From: Nitrosopumilaceae archaeon | GTDB taxonomy: Archaea; Thermoproteota; Nitrososphaeria; Nitrososphaerales; Nitrosopumilaceae | Direction of reading: 5' to 3' | DNA length: 64,000 nt | Assembly: GCA_965200155.1 (NCBI GenBank) | Contig: CBDATR010000024.1 | Location: forward strand, 96,001 to 160,000 | Part shown: positions 51,152 through 60,632 of the stretch, piece by piece | Layout of the letters: each line of letters starts with the position of its first letter | Numbering within the stretch: position 1 is the first letter of the stretch | Program-made: the position numbers and the translations under genes | The notes under the pieces: model-generated | The model's database searches: none | Told to the model about the DNA's origin: nothing | Seen by the model: only the letters and a program-made list of their open reading frames with translations

Positions 51152-53104
51152 ATGTCATCGGATCCTGCCAAGATGGCCAAGTACGAGCTCAGAAAGTTGG
51201 TCACTACCTGCATGCACAGCGATATACTGATCATGGAAAAGCATACAGAGACACGGGCGGCTGCTGAAAAGCTGCGCCATCACTATCGTGACGAGATAGT
51301 GGTAACTGAGGAAGGCAGGGGAATAGGAATGGTCACCGACAAGGATATACTCAGGAAGGTAGGCGATATCACGGTATATGCAGAGTCCACCATGCTTGTG
51401 GATGTAATGTCCTCGCCCCTGGTTACTATTCGAGATAACAAAAGCCTTCGTGATGCCCTCACCCTTATGAATAAGAGGCACTGTCGTAAGCTGCCCGTAT
51501 CGGACAGGAGTGGACACATACTGGGTATAATATACAAGAGTGACATACTGGTGGCCGCGGAGCGATCCATACTGGCACTATCACGGGGCATAAGTCCCTG
51601 GGGAAAGGCCATCATAGGAAACCTTGGATTTGTGTTACAGTTTGCAGGCATACTTATGATAGTGCCAGCCTTGGTGGCCACATTTCTTGGTGACACCATA
51701 ACGGCCACGGGCATATACCTGAGTATGGTTTTGTTGTTATCTACGGGTTTCTTCCTGAACTCATACGGCGAGAAGGCCAAGATGGACATGCGGCAGGCAT
51801 CCATACTGGTACTGTCCAGCCTCTTTATACTATCGCTCTTTGGGACTGTACCATATCTGTATGTGCCCCCTGGAATGGAATATGCCGAGGACTCTGTAGT
51901 AGCGGCAGTATTCTTCAGTATGCGCGAGGGTCAGACCTCTCCTTTGGAGATGTTCTCCGGCGCATTCTTCTCCAGCGCGGCTGGGTTCACTACCGGTGGG
52001 ATATCCTTGTATGAGACACCAGAAGATCTGCCCCAGAGCTTTACGTTCTACCGCAGCTATACCCAGCTGGTGGGAGGTATGAGTTTCATTTATCTTGTAA
52101 TAACTGCCTTCTACCCATCCAGCAGACTTGAAGGCATGCGGAGCTTCATAACTGGCAAGGAGCTGCATCTAAGGGAACTCTTCAGTACTATAACTGCAAT
52201 ATTCGCCATTTACATAGTGGTGGTGGCCGCGTTGCTGTACATACTGGGTGACAACAACATACTGGACGACTTTTCGCTAGCCATGAGTACCCTGGCCACC
52301 GGGGGCTTTGTACCTGACTCGGGTATGGTGCAGAACATGAGCTGGCCGAAACAGGGCGTGCTTGTGGCCGCCATGATATTGGGAGCCTTGCCCTTTACCT
52401 TCCATCACGCCTTTGTGACCCGAAAACTCAGGCCCAAGCTGGGCAAAGAGGTTCTGGCATACTTTACACTACTTGTGTCTGCCATACTATTGTTCAGTAT
52501 AGTTGGGGGCTTAAACGCCCTGGAGTCTGTGTTCTATCCAATATCTGCTAGCACCACAGCGGGTTTGCAGATATCCTCACTGGAGAGCCTCCCCATCCCA
52601 GGCCAATACATACTCATCATACTAATGCTGGTGGGAGGTTGCGGCTTCTCCACTGCCGGCGGCATCAAGGTATTTCGCATCTTCCATATGACAGGACTGG
52701 CAGTATACCTGCGTCCCCGGTATATGCGGAATAACATCAGGAGGATTCTGCGTCTCAACAAAACTTCCATTATAGCATGGTCAAGACATATTCGCAGTGT
52801 TGATCCAAACGGTAACTCGCGCCGCCAGGATATACTGTACTCCATTATAGTTATCGCCGCCTTTCCGTTCATCGCGTTCCTGACTGGTTCATACCTGGTT
52901 ACCTTTGAGGGGGCAAATCCTGATGCGGCATTCTTTGATGCAGTAGGTGTTATAACTACCGGGGGACTCTCTGCCGGTGTCATAGATTTTGATACATCTG
53001 TCCACACCAAAATACTGCTGTCGGCGCTGATGATATTTGGACGCTTGGAGATAATTGCCCTGATATACCTGATAATTCCCCCCATATACACAGCTAAACA
53101 CTAA
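51152..53104 (+). CDS. trkH: TrkH-family K+ transporter with N-terminal CBS pair
   Basis: CBS motifs (GMVTDKDIL, VMSSPL); pore motifs FTTGG, LATGG, STTAG, GFSTAGGIK, FGRLE. Confidence 0.88.
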   Translation: MSSDPAKMAKYELRKLVTTCMHSDILIMEKHTETRAAAEKLRHHYRDEIVVTEEGRGIGMVTDKDILRKVGDITVYAESTMLVDVMSSPLVTIRDNKSLRDALTLMNKRHCRKLPVSDRSGHILGIIYKSDILVAAERSILALSRGISPWGKAIIGNLGFVLQFAGILMIVPALVATFLGDTITATGIYLSMVLLLSTGFFLNSYGEKAKMDMRQASILVLSSLFILSLFGTVPYLYVPPGMEYAEDSVVAAVFFSMREGQTSPLEMFSGAFFSSAAGFTTGGISLYETPEDLPQSFTFYRSYTQLVGGMSFIYLVITAFYPSSRLEGMRSFITGKELHLRELFSTITAIFAIYIVVVAALLYILGDNNILDDFSLAMSTLATGGFVPDSGMVQNMSWPKQGVLVAAMILGALPFTFHHAFVTRKLRPKLGKEVLAYFTLLVSAILLFSIVGGLNALESVFYPISASTTAGLQISSLESLPIPGQYILIILMLVGGCGFSTAGGIKVFRIFHMTGLAVYLRPRYMRNNIRRILRLNKTSIIAWSRHIRSVDPNGNSRRQDILYSIIVIAAFPFIAFLTGSYLVTFEGANPDAAFFDAVGVITTGGLSAGVIDFDTSVHTKILLSALMIFGRLEIIALIYLIIPPIYTAKH

Positions 53105-53127
53105 TTTACCATTGGTATACGCCACTC

Positions 53128-53913
53128 ATGACCCAGGCAAGAAAGGGGACATTACTCATTGCAGGAGGGTTGGCACTAATAGCTCTTCTCTTTGTGTGGT
53201 ATTATAGATATCAGGATCCCCAGACATTTACACCCATGGCCGCTGATTCCATTCAGTGGTTGGCGACCATGTTCTATGTACTTCTGGTTTCATGTATGGG
53301 ATTGGCGGCATGGGGGGTTTACCTGTTCCGCAAACACTCCCTGGATGATGACAGCCTGGTTGGTATCATTGCGCGCACCACCTGGAACCCAAAGTCTAGC
53401 CGGATATTCTTGATAGTCTTTGCATCATACGGAATATTCTTCTCGCTGGTATCCGGCACATTGGTGTATCAGCCACAGATAGACTTTGAAGTACATTATG
53501 GGGCAGAGATACCTTCCGCGTTCATAGCTCCCTGTTGCGGCGAGATGGGATATATGCCCAAAATAATCATATATCTTGCCAATCATGTGGGCCTTCAGGT
53601 AATACCGCTCAATCTTGTTCTGCAGATTGCCGTGTCGTATCTGGTTGCATTAAATGCCTCCCTGGCAACGGTGGCCTATTCCGCGTCAAGGAAGCGCCGG
53701 GGCGTGGGTATCATAGGGGCACTGACAGGCCTGTTTGTGGCATGTCCTACCTGCGCGGGTACAGCCGCGTCCATATTCGTGGGGACCGCTAGCGGCATAG
53801 CCATTAGTCTGGCACTGGCACAACTACAGACTGTATTTATCGCGGCATCCATACCATTGCTCTTGGCTACCCCGTTCCTGCTCGCCCGCCAGCTTAGATC
53901 ATGCACTGTGTGA
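53128..53913 (+). CDS. Membrane protein with PCCG and CPTC motifs
   Basis: Multiple TM segments with Cys pairs. Confidence 0.75.
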   Translation: MTQARKGTLLIAGGLALIALLFVWYYRYQDPQTFTPMAADSIQWLATMFYVLLVSCMGLAAWGVYLFRKHSLDDDSLVGIIARTTWNPKSSRIFLIVFASYGIFFSLVSGTLVYQPQIDFEVHYGAEIPSAFIAPCCGEMGYMPKIIIYLANHVGLQVIPLNLVLQIAVSYLVALNASLATVAYSASRKRRGVGIIGALTGLFVACPTCAGTAASIFVGTASGIAISLALAQLQTVFIAASIPLLLATPFLLARQLRSCTV

Positions 53914-54150
53914 TATGAACTGGTTCTCGTGGCCGCCTATATTGTAGCCTTCCTGACGTAGGTACTTGAGGCATAGCTTGTACACCACAGCATCAAACTG
54001 GGCGCGTTTCATCACGTCGTCCCAGGATACCTGTCCCCTCCTGCGTACATCCTCTGCTATGGTGGGTACCAGTAATTTGGCAGCATCTTTACACTCCTGA
54101 AAGGAACGACCTCCCTTGTACGCGGTCAGTCGTGTATCACAAGCGTCCAT
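53899..54150 (-). CDS. Hypothetical protein
   Basis: 83-aa ORF abutting the upstream gene. Confidence 0.65.
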   Translation of the reverse strand: MDACDTRLTAYKGGRSFQECKDAAKLLVPTIAEDVRRRGQVSWDDVMKRAQFDAVVYKLCLKYLRQEGYNIGGHENQFISHSA

Positions 54151-54522
54151 TTACAGATCAGATGCTAGAGTCTTTATCTTTGTTACCATCATTACCTTCT
54201 GGTCTATGGGCATCTCCGGTTCCATGGTGAAATATATGATGTTGCGGGGTGTGTATATGACCATCTGTGTAACCTTCTCGCGCTCCACATGCACGTATCG
54301 CACCTTGCCCAAGGTTTCATCAAAGTCTTTGCGCATCTGTCTCCGCTGTGCAACCTGTTTGCAAAAGTGTTCTTCCTCCATCTGGGATTTTAAGTTGGTC
54401 TTGCCAGACTTCATTATAGCTTCCCGTATGTTACCGCGCACATCTATAACGGCGGCAAAGCGCATCTTTGGATCCAACCCTATTATCTCCTCTACCAACT
54501 TCAGGAGGGCGGCCCCATTCAT
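54151..54522 (-). CDS. Thaumarchaeal roadblock/profilin-like small protein
   Basis: LDPKMRFAAVID..G...LGKVRYVHVEREKV. Confidence 0.75.
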   Translation of the reverse strand: MNGAALLKLVEEIIGLDPKMRFAAVIDVRGNIREAIMKSGKTNLKSQMEEEHFCKQVAQRRQMRKDFDETLGKVRYVHVEREKVTQMVIYTPRNIIYFTMEPEMPIDQKVMMVTKIKTLASDL

Positions 54523-54698
54523 AAGACGCAAGCGTGAGTGGGGCAATATAACTTGAACGTAATTGTATAAACTAATCTTTGTCCAAACAGTCCTTGGTAC
54601 TAAATTTATGCAGAAATACATCACTGAAATGAATGAAAATGCATGTATCAAGGGGATTACGTATCATTTACGCGTATTTGTACACTACTGTAATAGTG

Positions 54699-54897
54699 GT
54701 AACAGTTTAGGCCACCTTAGTAACTTTCCCTACAGACAACAAAGGCAGGGAATGGTGGGAATCTCACTTTCTACGTAACACTTGCATGATGGGGTGGCAT
54801 GGTATTATCTGGGGACTCATTCTGGCGTATGGCCGGTTCGAGGAATACAATCTTGTCGAATTTTGTGTCACAAGCGCGCCCCAACTTAAACGGTTAT
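54699..54897. mobile_element. Possible older GTAA-ended MITE-like element upstream of tfb
   Basis: GTAACAGTTTAGGCCAC...CCAACTTAAACGGTTAT. Confidence 0.4.
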
Positions 54898-54949
54898 CTA
54901 ATTTTTGTACACTGAATTTATAAGTACCAAATGTAATACATAACCTTAA

Positions 54950-55858
54950 ATGTTATCAAGCAATAACAAGGAGAGGTGCTCCCGATGCTCGTGTGACATG
55001 CTGATCACCGACAGTGAATCCGGTGAGTTATGTTGTGCCAAGTGCGGATATGTCATCACTGAAAGAATACAAGAGTCTGGTCCCGAATGGCGCTCCTTTA
55101 CGAATAACGAGCGCGGAGACCGGTCCCGGGCTGGCGCTCCCACATCACTGAGTATACATGACATGGGACTGGCCACAGTCATAAATCCAATCAACAAGGA
55201 CGCATCCGGAAGGCCGCTGACTGCATCAATGAAGAATACCATAGAGCGACTCCGAACTTGGGACAACCGTAGCCAGGCACACGAGCCTACGGACCGTAAC
55301 TTTAGGCAGGCGTTTAGTGAGCTGAACCGCCTTAAGGACAAACTTGCACTGTCTGACAACGTTGTAGAAAAGGCTGCATACATTTATCGCAAGGCGCTAG
55401 ATAAGGGCTTGGTACGCGGCCGGTCCATATCCGCGTTAATGGCATCATCTCTTTTTGCTGCGTGCCGCTATACTGAGACGGCGCGTAACATAAAAGATAT
55501 CGAGAGTGTGTCCAACATAAAGCAGAAGGATATAGCCCGGTGCTATAGGTTACTGGTCAAGGAGCTGGATCTACGAATGCCCGTACCTGATCCCGTGCAG
55601 TGTGTCTCCCGTATAGCTAGCCGTATAGACATCGCCGAAAAGACAAGAAGGCTTGCCATCAAGGCACTTAAGATGGCTCAGGAGAAGGAGGTCTCCGCGG
55701 GAAAAGATCCCATGGGGTTGGCCGCGGCCGCATTATACTTGGCATGTGTTGAGAATGGGGAAGATAAGACCCAGCGAGACATTGCCAACGCTGCCAGCGT
55801 TACCGAGGTTACCATACGTAATCGCTACAAGGGCCTCAAGGAGTCCTTGGACATTTAA
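54950..55858 (+). CDS. tfb: Transcription initiation factor B
   Basis: Zn ribbon, GPEWRSF, GRS, GKDP.GLAAAALY, VTEVTIRNRYK; TTTATAA about 30 bp upstream. Confidence 0.97.
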   Translation: MLSSNNKERCSRCSCDMLITDSESGELCCAKCGYVITERIQESGPEWRSFTNNERGDRSRAGAPTSLSIHDMGLATVINPINKDASGRPLTASMKNTIERLRTWDNRSQAHEPTDRNFRQAFSELNRLKDKLALSDNVVEKAAYIYRKALDKGLVRGRSISALMASSLFAACRYTETARNIKDIESVSNIKQKDIARCYRLLVKELDLRMPVPDPVQCVSRIASRIDIAEKTRRLAIKALKMAQEKEVSAGKDPMGLAAAALYLACVENGEDKTQRDIANAASVTEVTIRNRYKGLKESLDI

Positions 55859-55964
55859 GCTGTTTGTATAAATTCACTTTTACTTATCTGGTGTGGGGGA
55901 TTTCGCACTATTGACCTTGCAGCAGGCTTGAAGAATTTTATATTATACAAGATATTGGTTATAC

Positions 55965-56120
55965 ATGCCAACTAAGATGTATTGTGAATCCTGTAACGAG
56001 GTCTTTGCCTCGCAGGAACATTATGATCGCCACTTAAAGTCTTGTAATATGGGTGGGTGTGGTGAGTCATGCATTATAGACGCGGTCATATCGCGTATAT
56101 GGAATAAATTAAAAAAGTAA
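55965..56120 (+). CDS. 51-aa C2H2-like Zn-finger protein (below ORF-track cut-off)
   Basis: MPTKMYCESCNEVFASQEHYDRHLKSCNMGGCGESCIID...; TTTATATTAT TATA-like upstream. Confidence 0.75.
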   Translation: MPTKMYCESCNEVFASQEHYDRHLKSCNMGGCGESCIIDAVISRIWNKLKK

Positions 56121-56155
56121 GAGTTATTTTTATTCTACTATTACAATATTACCAT

Positions 56156-56620
56156 ATGCTAAAGCAGGTCTTTACCGCACCATATGTAGCACTGGCCGTT
56201 GCCATTACAGGCGGCATGGCCTTTGGTTTGTTATTATTATCGGAGTTCATATTCCTGGTGCCCTATATCATAGGTCACATACCTTCTGGTACTGAGATAG
56301 GGTTTGCCCTCGTACTGGCTATATCTGTCATGTCCGGTCTGGTCATACCCATGAACGTCTATCGCATAAGAACCATGAGGAATAACAAGACCATGGGCGG
56401 TGGAGTTGCGGGCTCGCTGATAGGGGCCGCAGCCGGTGCTTGCAGTTGCGGACCGGTGGGATTTGCCTTAATATCGACCTTTGGCAGTGCAGGTGCCGCA
56501 GCATCTTCGTTTCTGACCAACTATGATACACCCATTCGTATAGTGGCACTGGCCATACTGTTCGTAACCTTGTATACCACTACCCGCTCCTTAAACGTAC
56601 AGTGCCGTATACCCCAGTAA
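56156..56620 (+). CDS. Membrane protein with ACSC motif
   Basis: Four TM segments with a Cys pair. Confidence 0.75.
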   Translation: MLKQVFTAPYVALAVAITGGMAFGLLLLSEFIFLVPYIIGHIPSGTEIGFALVLAISVMSGLVIPMNVYRIRTMRNNKTMGGGVAGSLIGAAAGACSCGPVGFALISTFGSAGAAASSFLTNYDTPIRIVALAILFVTLYTTTRSLNVQCRIPQ

Positions 56621-57789
56621 CCCTTGGTGACCCAATGATAACATCGTCCCGAGAGGCCAGGGAGGCCGCGACTCTTCAATGGAACCGCATGCTGGCTGCC
56701 CAGACCGATTTACTCTCCGCAGACGGACTACAGGGTTCCAGTCCACCGTCGGTCTTTGTAGGCGAGGCAGGGTATCCCCGGGTGAGGGTGGGTCCTATGA
56801 TTCCTCCCCGTCTTGGCGACACCTCAATTCTGGATGCTCCCGAGAGGTGGGCGGGTCTAACCTTGCAGGATATAGTATCCCATCGACTCTCCCTGGTGCG
56901 GGGTGTGCGCAGCATCCCTGTGGGTGCTACCACGGGCACATACATAGAGGAGTTGCAGGGTTTGGCCATGGGGGAGCGACCTACTGATTCTGAGATTGCC
57001 ATCTCCGGGGGATTCAAGCTGACCAATACCACCGACGGACACAGTGCCCCCTTTGGTCCTGTAGGGAACATAAAGAATATGCACATATCCAGCGTTACCG
57101 CCAACCGGCAAATTCAGAGACAGTACTATGACACAGATGTAGGCACAGCCCAGGCCATATTGGAGCTCTACCGATCTGACATCGATATATCGCGCATACA
57201 GAAATGCATGAGTATAGGAATGTTGGGTAGAAAACGACGCCTGGTACCCACCAAGTGGAGCATAACTGCCACCGATGACACAATATCTGCGCATCTGGTA
57301 CGTAACGTACAGGAGTGCCCTCTAATTGACTCATATCGAGTATTCCGGTATGAGCACCTGGGTAACACGTACTCCGTAATATTGTATCCCAATGTATGGG
57401 CTTTTGGATTCTCCGAGGCATGGTATGTTGGAAAGACACCCGTATTTGGCTCGGATTACGAGGATGGTTCCGGTTTCCGTGGATACCCAAATACTGCGGG
57501 AGCCTATTTTGCCTCGAGGCTTGCAGTGGCAGAGTATCTTGAACGGCGTCATCTGCAGGCCACGGCCATAGTCCTAAGGGAGATAGCGCCTTCATACTCG
57601 ATACCTGTGGGTGTCTGGCAGGTACGTGAAGGTGTGCGTCACGCTATGCGGGGCAAGCCCACATTCTGTCATAACATGACCGAATCACTAAATGTTGCCT
57701 GTAGTGGACTTAGTATACCCCGTAAAACATGGCTTGCTCAGAATGGAATAGGTCGCGTGGTATGCCAGCGCAGTATAACTGACTATTGA
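56602..57789 (+). CDS. Nre-family archaeal DNA repair protein
   Basis: GSSPPSVFVG..GYP.V.VGP, LVPTKWSITA.D, PVGVWQVRE, C-terminal PIP QRSITDY. Confidence 0.9.
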   Translation: MPYTPVTLGDPMITSSREAREAATLQWNRMLAAQTDLLSADGLQGSSPPSVFVGEAGYPRVRVGPMIPPRLGDTSILDAPERWAGLTLQDIVSHRLSLVRGVRSIPVGATTGTYIEELQGLAMGERPTDSEIAISGGFKLTNTTDGHSAPFGPVGNIKNMHISSVTANRQIQRQYYDTDVGTAQAILELYRSDIDISRIQKCMSIGMLGRKRRLVPTKWSITATDDTISAHLVRNVQECPLIDSYRVFRYEHLGNTYSVILYPNVWAFGFSEAWYVGKTPVFGSDYEDGSGFRGYPNTAGAYFASRLAVAEYLERRHLQATAIVLREIAPSYSIPVGVWQVREGVRHAMRGKPTFCHNMTESLNVACSGLSIPRKTWLAQNGIGRVVCQRSITDY

Positions 57790-58037
57790 TAGATGAATGT
57801 TGAAATGATAATACCTGAATTTCGTGCTACAAGATAATGCATTGAGATGGTTCAGTATGCCTCTGGAAGAATCTTGGGCATCAAAGGCGGTCAGTTCAGG
57901 ACAGCAGACACATATGATTCCGCAACACTTTGCCACTTGCCTGTAACATTGTGCATGTCATGTCCCCATATGCCTATTCAAGTCTCTTGAAGAGTGTGGC
58001 GCCCCCCCCCCCCCATATGCCTGAATACTGAGACATG

Positions 58038-58178
58038 GTGACCGTTTAGGCCGCATAGAAGGTTACTAGAGCGCGAGCTTGCCAAGGTCATTATAATGAC
58101 GCTGGTCCATATCCAAGTACTGGCTGCCCAGAATCGGAAGTCACAGAGATCCATGACGGGAGTGACCTAGACGATTAC
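58038..58178. mobile_element. Possible older GTAA-type MITE-like element
   Basis: GTGACCGTTTAGGCCGC...GTGACCTAGACGATTAC. Confidence 0.5.
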
Positions 58179-58225
58179 ACGTACGTGTGTGTAGCTTTTA
58201 TTGGAACTATTATGGTGTAGTGATA

Positions 58226-59146
58226 ATGCGGCGCACAATGATAATGGGAATCGGCGTGGCTGCTTCTCCCATAATATTTGCCCTGCTTGCATACCCGGAC
58301 AGCTTCAGCCTGAGCTGGAACCAGGGACGGGGCGGCTTTCTGTTTGCCTTGGCCTTTCTGGGTGCAGAGCTTGTGGGATTGCGCCTAGCCCCCAGCATGC
58401 GTCGCGTACTGTTCACTGTGCCACTGGCCATAGGCGTCATGGCATATCTGGCCATCATGGAGTCGGGAATGCAGGATGTTCTGGCGGCATCTGCAGAAGA
58501 GTATGGCGTACAGCTGGTATACTCGTGGATATGGATGTGGGACTTTTTGGTAATGACCTCATTCCTGGTTGCGGTATTTGTCATATACTTTGGCAAAAAG
58601 TGGGTTCGGGTGGCCCCCGCGGCACCCATGTTCCTGGGCGGCAGTGCCATAATACTGTCCCTGGACGCGTTCTTTCCTTATGACACGTTGGGTCCGCTAC
58701 AGTACATTGTCCCGTATCTGGTGCAGGCCAATGTATGGCTCATAGGATTGCTGGATCTGGGAACTGCCACTGCCCGTGATAATGTCATGTTTCTTCGGGG
58801 GGATCATGGCCCCATGGTACTACAGGTGTTCTGGCCATCCGCGGGTGTCCACAGTATTATCATATACTCGCTGGTTATGGGCGCCTTTCTGCTCAAGATG
58901 AACATAATACGACATCGCAAAATCATGTACTTTTGCCTGGGAATATTGGGCACCATAATCGTGAACATGATCCGTATATTCTCGCTGTCGTGGTACGCGC
59001 TTAAGGTGACCGCGGATCCCCAAAGGTGGGAAGAGTTCCACTCGGTAGCTGGCGAGATAATGTTTCTGCCCTGGCTCTTTGCATTCCTGTTTGTAGTAAT
59101 GTGGATAGAGACACGCAGGATGCGGCGCGCTCAGGCTCAGACGTAG
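58226..59146 (+). CDS. Thaumarchaeosortase (archaeosortase/exosortase family)
   Basis: SWNQGRGG, VFWPSAGVHS (Ser at catalytic Cys position), NMIRI, FHSVAGE. Confidence 0.9.
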   Translation: MRRTMIMGIGVAASPIIFALLAYPDSFSLSWNQGRGGFLFALAFLGAELVGLRLAPSMRRVLFTVPLAIGVMAYLAIMESGMQDVLAASAEEYGVQLVYSWIWMWDFLVMTSFLVAVFVIYFGKKWVRVAPAAPMFLGGSAIILSLDAFFPYDTLGPLQYIVPYLVQANVWLIGLLDLGTATARDNVMFLRGDHGPMVLQVFWPSAGVHSIIIYSLVMGAFLLKMNIIRHRKIMYFCLGILGTIIVNMIRIFSLSWYALKVTADPQRWEEFHSVAGEIMFLPWLFAFLFVVMWIETRRMRRAQAQT

Positions 59147-60225
59147 TCTGTTATACTCTGCTGGCCCCGTACGGTACTTAGCTCGCTGACCTTTATGCCA
59201 AGTCGGCGTACGTATTGTGGCTGCTCCTGCATAGCCTCCTGAACCAGAATATGCGCTATCTCCTGCATCTTCTCCAGGCTGCTAGTGGAGTTTCTTACCG
59301 TGCGGGAGCGGGAACGGTTGGTCATGTCCGTGTGTACAAAAATGACGCTGACCGTACGAAATCGCAAACCGCGCTCTGTAACTATATCATGCAGTATCTT
59401 ACACAGTGATTGTATCTGGGAGCGCATCTCGGTATGGCTCTTTGCATCCTGTTTTAGGGTAACAATCTTGCTATATTGCAGGCTAGGCGGTCTCTTCTTT
59501 ACCGGTTCATCATTTATGCCCCGGGCGGAATTATACATGAATGTGGCACTCTTGCGCCCAAACAGTCTCTGCATCTCGAATATGTCCTGGCTCTTTAGTT
59601 GGGCTATGGTACTAACGCCCATCTTGTCCAGCTTCTGAACGGTCTTTCCGCCTATCCCCGGAATATCGCTGGGCTTGAGTGATTCAAGAAATGATTCTAA
59701 TGATTCCGGTCTTACCACCGTGAGTCCGTCGGGCTTTTTGAAGTCTGATGCAATCTTGGAGAGCAGCTTGTTCTGAGTCACGCCCACCGAGCAGGTCATT
59801 CTGAGTGATTCCCGAATCTCATTCTTCATCTGCTGGGCTATATGCGCGGCTCGCGTAAGTTCTCCGCCCACCCGTGCAGTCACATCAAGATAAGCCTCAT
59901 CCCTTCCCACATACTCGAATATGTCTGCAAATCGCTGCATTATCTCCATGGCCTTCTCGGATATGTCTGAATAGTAATCAAAATCAACCGGAATAAACTC
60001 CGCGTCTGTATCCCGTAATAATCGGCTGGCCTGGTGTATTGGCATGCCTGAGCGTGCACCAAACTTTCGTGCCTGGTAGTTGGCTGTGGCCACGGCGCCG
60101 CTTCCGCCACCTCGATTGGAGTATATGCATACGCAGACTGGTATGGTTCTGAGCCGCGGTGTCCTTATCTCCTCACACTGGGCATAAAAGTAATCAAAGT
60201 CAACATGGAGTATTGCACGATCCAA
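59137..60225 (-). CDS. dinB: Y-family DNA polymerase IV
   Basis: HVDFDYFYAQ, ANYQAR.FG, GRDEAYLD, KPDG, PIP QQSITDY. Confidence 0.95.
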   Translation of the reverse strand: MDRAILHVDFDYFYAQCEEIRTPRLRTIPVCVCIYSNRGGGSGAVATANYQARKFGARSGMPIHQASRLLRDTDAEFIPVDFDYYSDISEKAMEIMQRFADIFEYVGRDEAYLDVTARVGGELTRAAHIAQQMKNEIRESLRMTCSVGVTQNKLLSKIASDFKKPDGLTVVRPESLESFLESLKPSDIPGIGGKTVQKLDKMGVSTIAQLKSQDIFEMQRLFGRKSATFMYNSARGINDEPVKKRPPSLQYSKIVTLKQDAKSHTEMRSQIQSLCKILHDIVTERGLRFRTVSVIFVHTDMTNRSRSRTVRNSTSSLEKMQEIAHILVQEAMQEQPQYVRRLGIKVSELSTVRGQQSITDYV

Positions 60226-60335
60226 CGTTCCCTCTAAGGAATAATTCTATGGCGTCAACCATAAGTCTTGCGTGGTGTCTCGTGCCAAACTGCTCATCCG
60301 GTAAGATGTGACTTGTCATCACTTTTCCCCCTGAT

Positions 60336-60443
60336 GTCTCCGGACGGCTCGCTAGGCGTCTAAACATATGCTTCCAGCTCACTGGGAACCAGCGTTGCCG
60401 GATGAACGTCTCCGGACGGCTCGCTAGGCGTCTAAACATATGC
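60336..60443. repeat. CRISPR-like unit: identical 36-bp repeats (60336-60371, 60408-60443) with 36-bp spacer
   Basis: GTCTCCGGACGGCTCGCTAGGCGTCTAAACATATGC; internal GACG/CGTC stem; reverse strand ends in GAGAC; no cas genes. Confidence 0.9.
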
Positions 60444-60632
60444 GCAAGGGAATCACGATTACTGGTGTGGCTTGCTCATGTCTGAGGAATGCGTGAACTT
60501 GTGTCCCGCATTTATGGATAATTATTGCTGCCACTATGCTACAAAGCATGATTTGAGATGTGGATACCAATCAGTACAAATGGTTCATTGTCAGACAATA
60601 CATCAATATAGAATATCCATGTATAATTAGCC

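Noticed and set aside
58826-58858. Sortase with Ser instead of catalytic Cys
   Set aside because: This is a known property of thaumarchaeosortase, not a lesion or novelty
60336-60443. TIGR-type or box C/D guide array
   Set aside because: No 36-nt dual-repeat periodicity, no consistent C/D boxes, and no Nop-domain gene nearby
60464-60515. Possible third degenerate repeat at 60480 (in 72-bp phase)
   Set aside because: Only 14/36 positions match, so it cannot be supported
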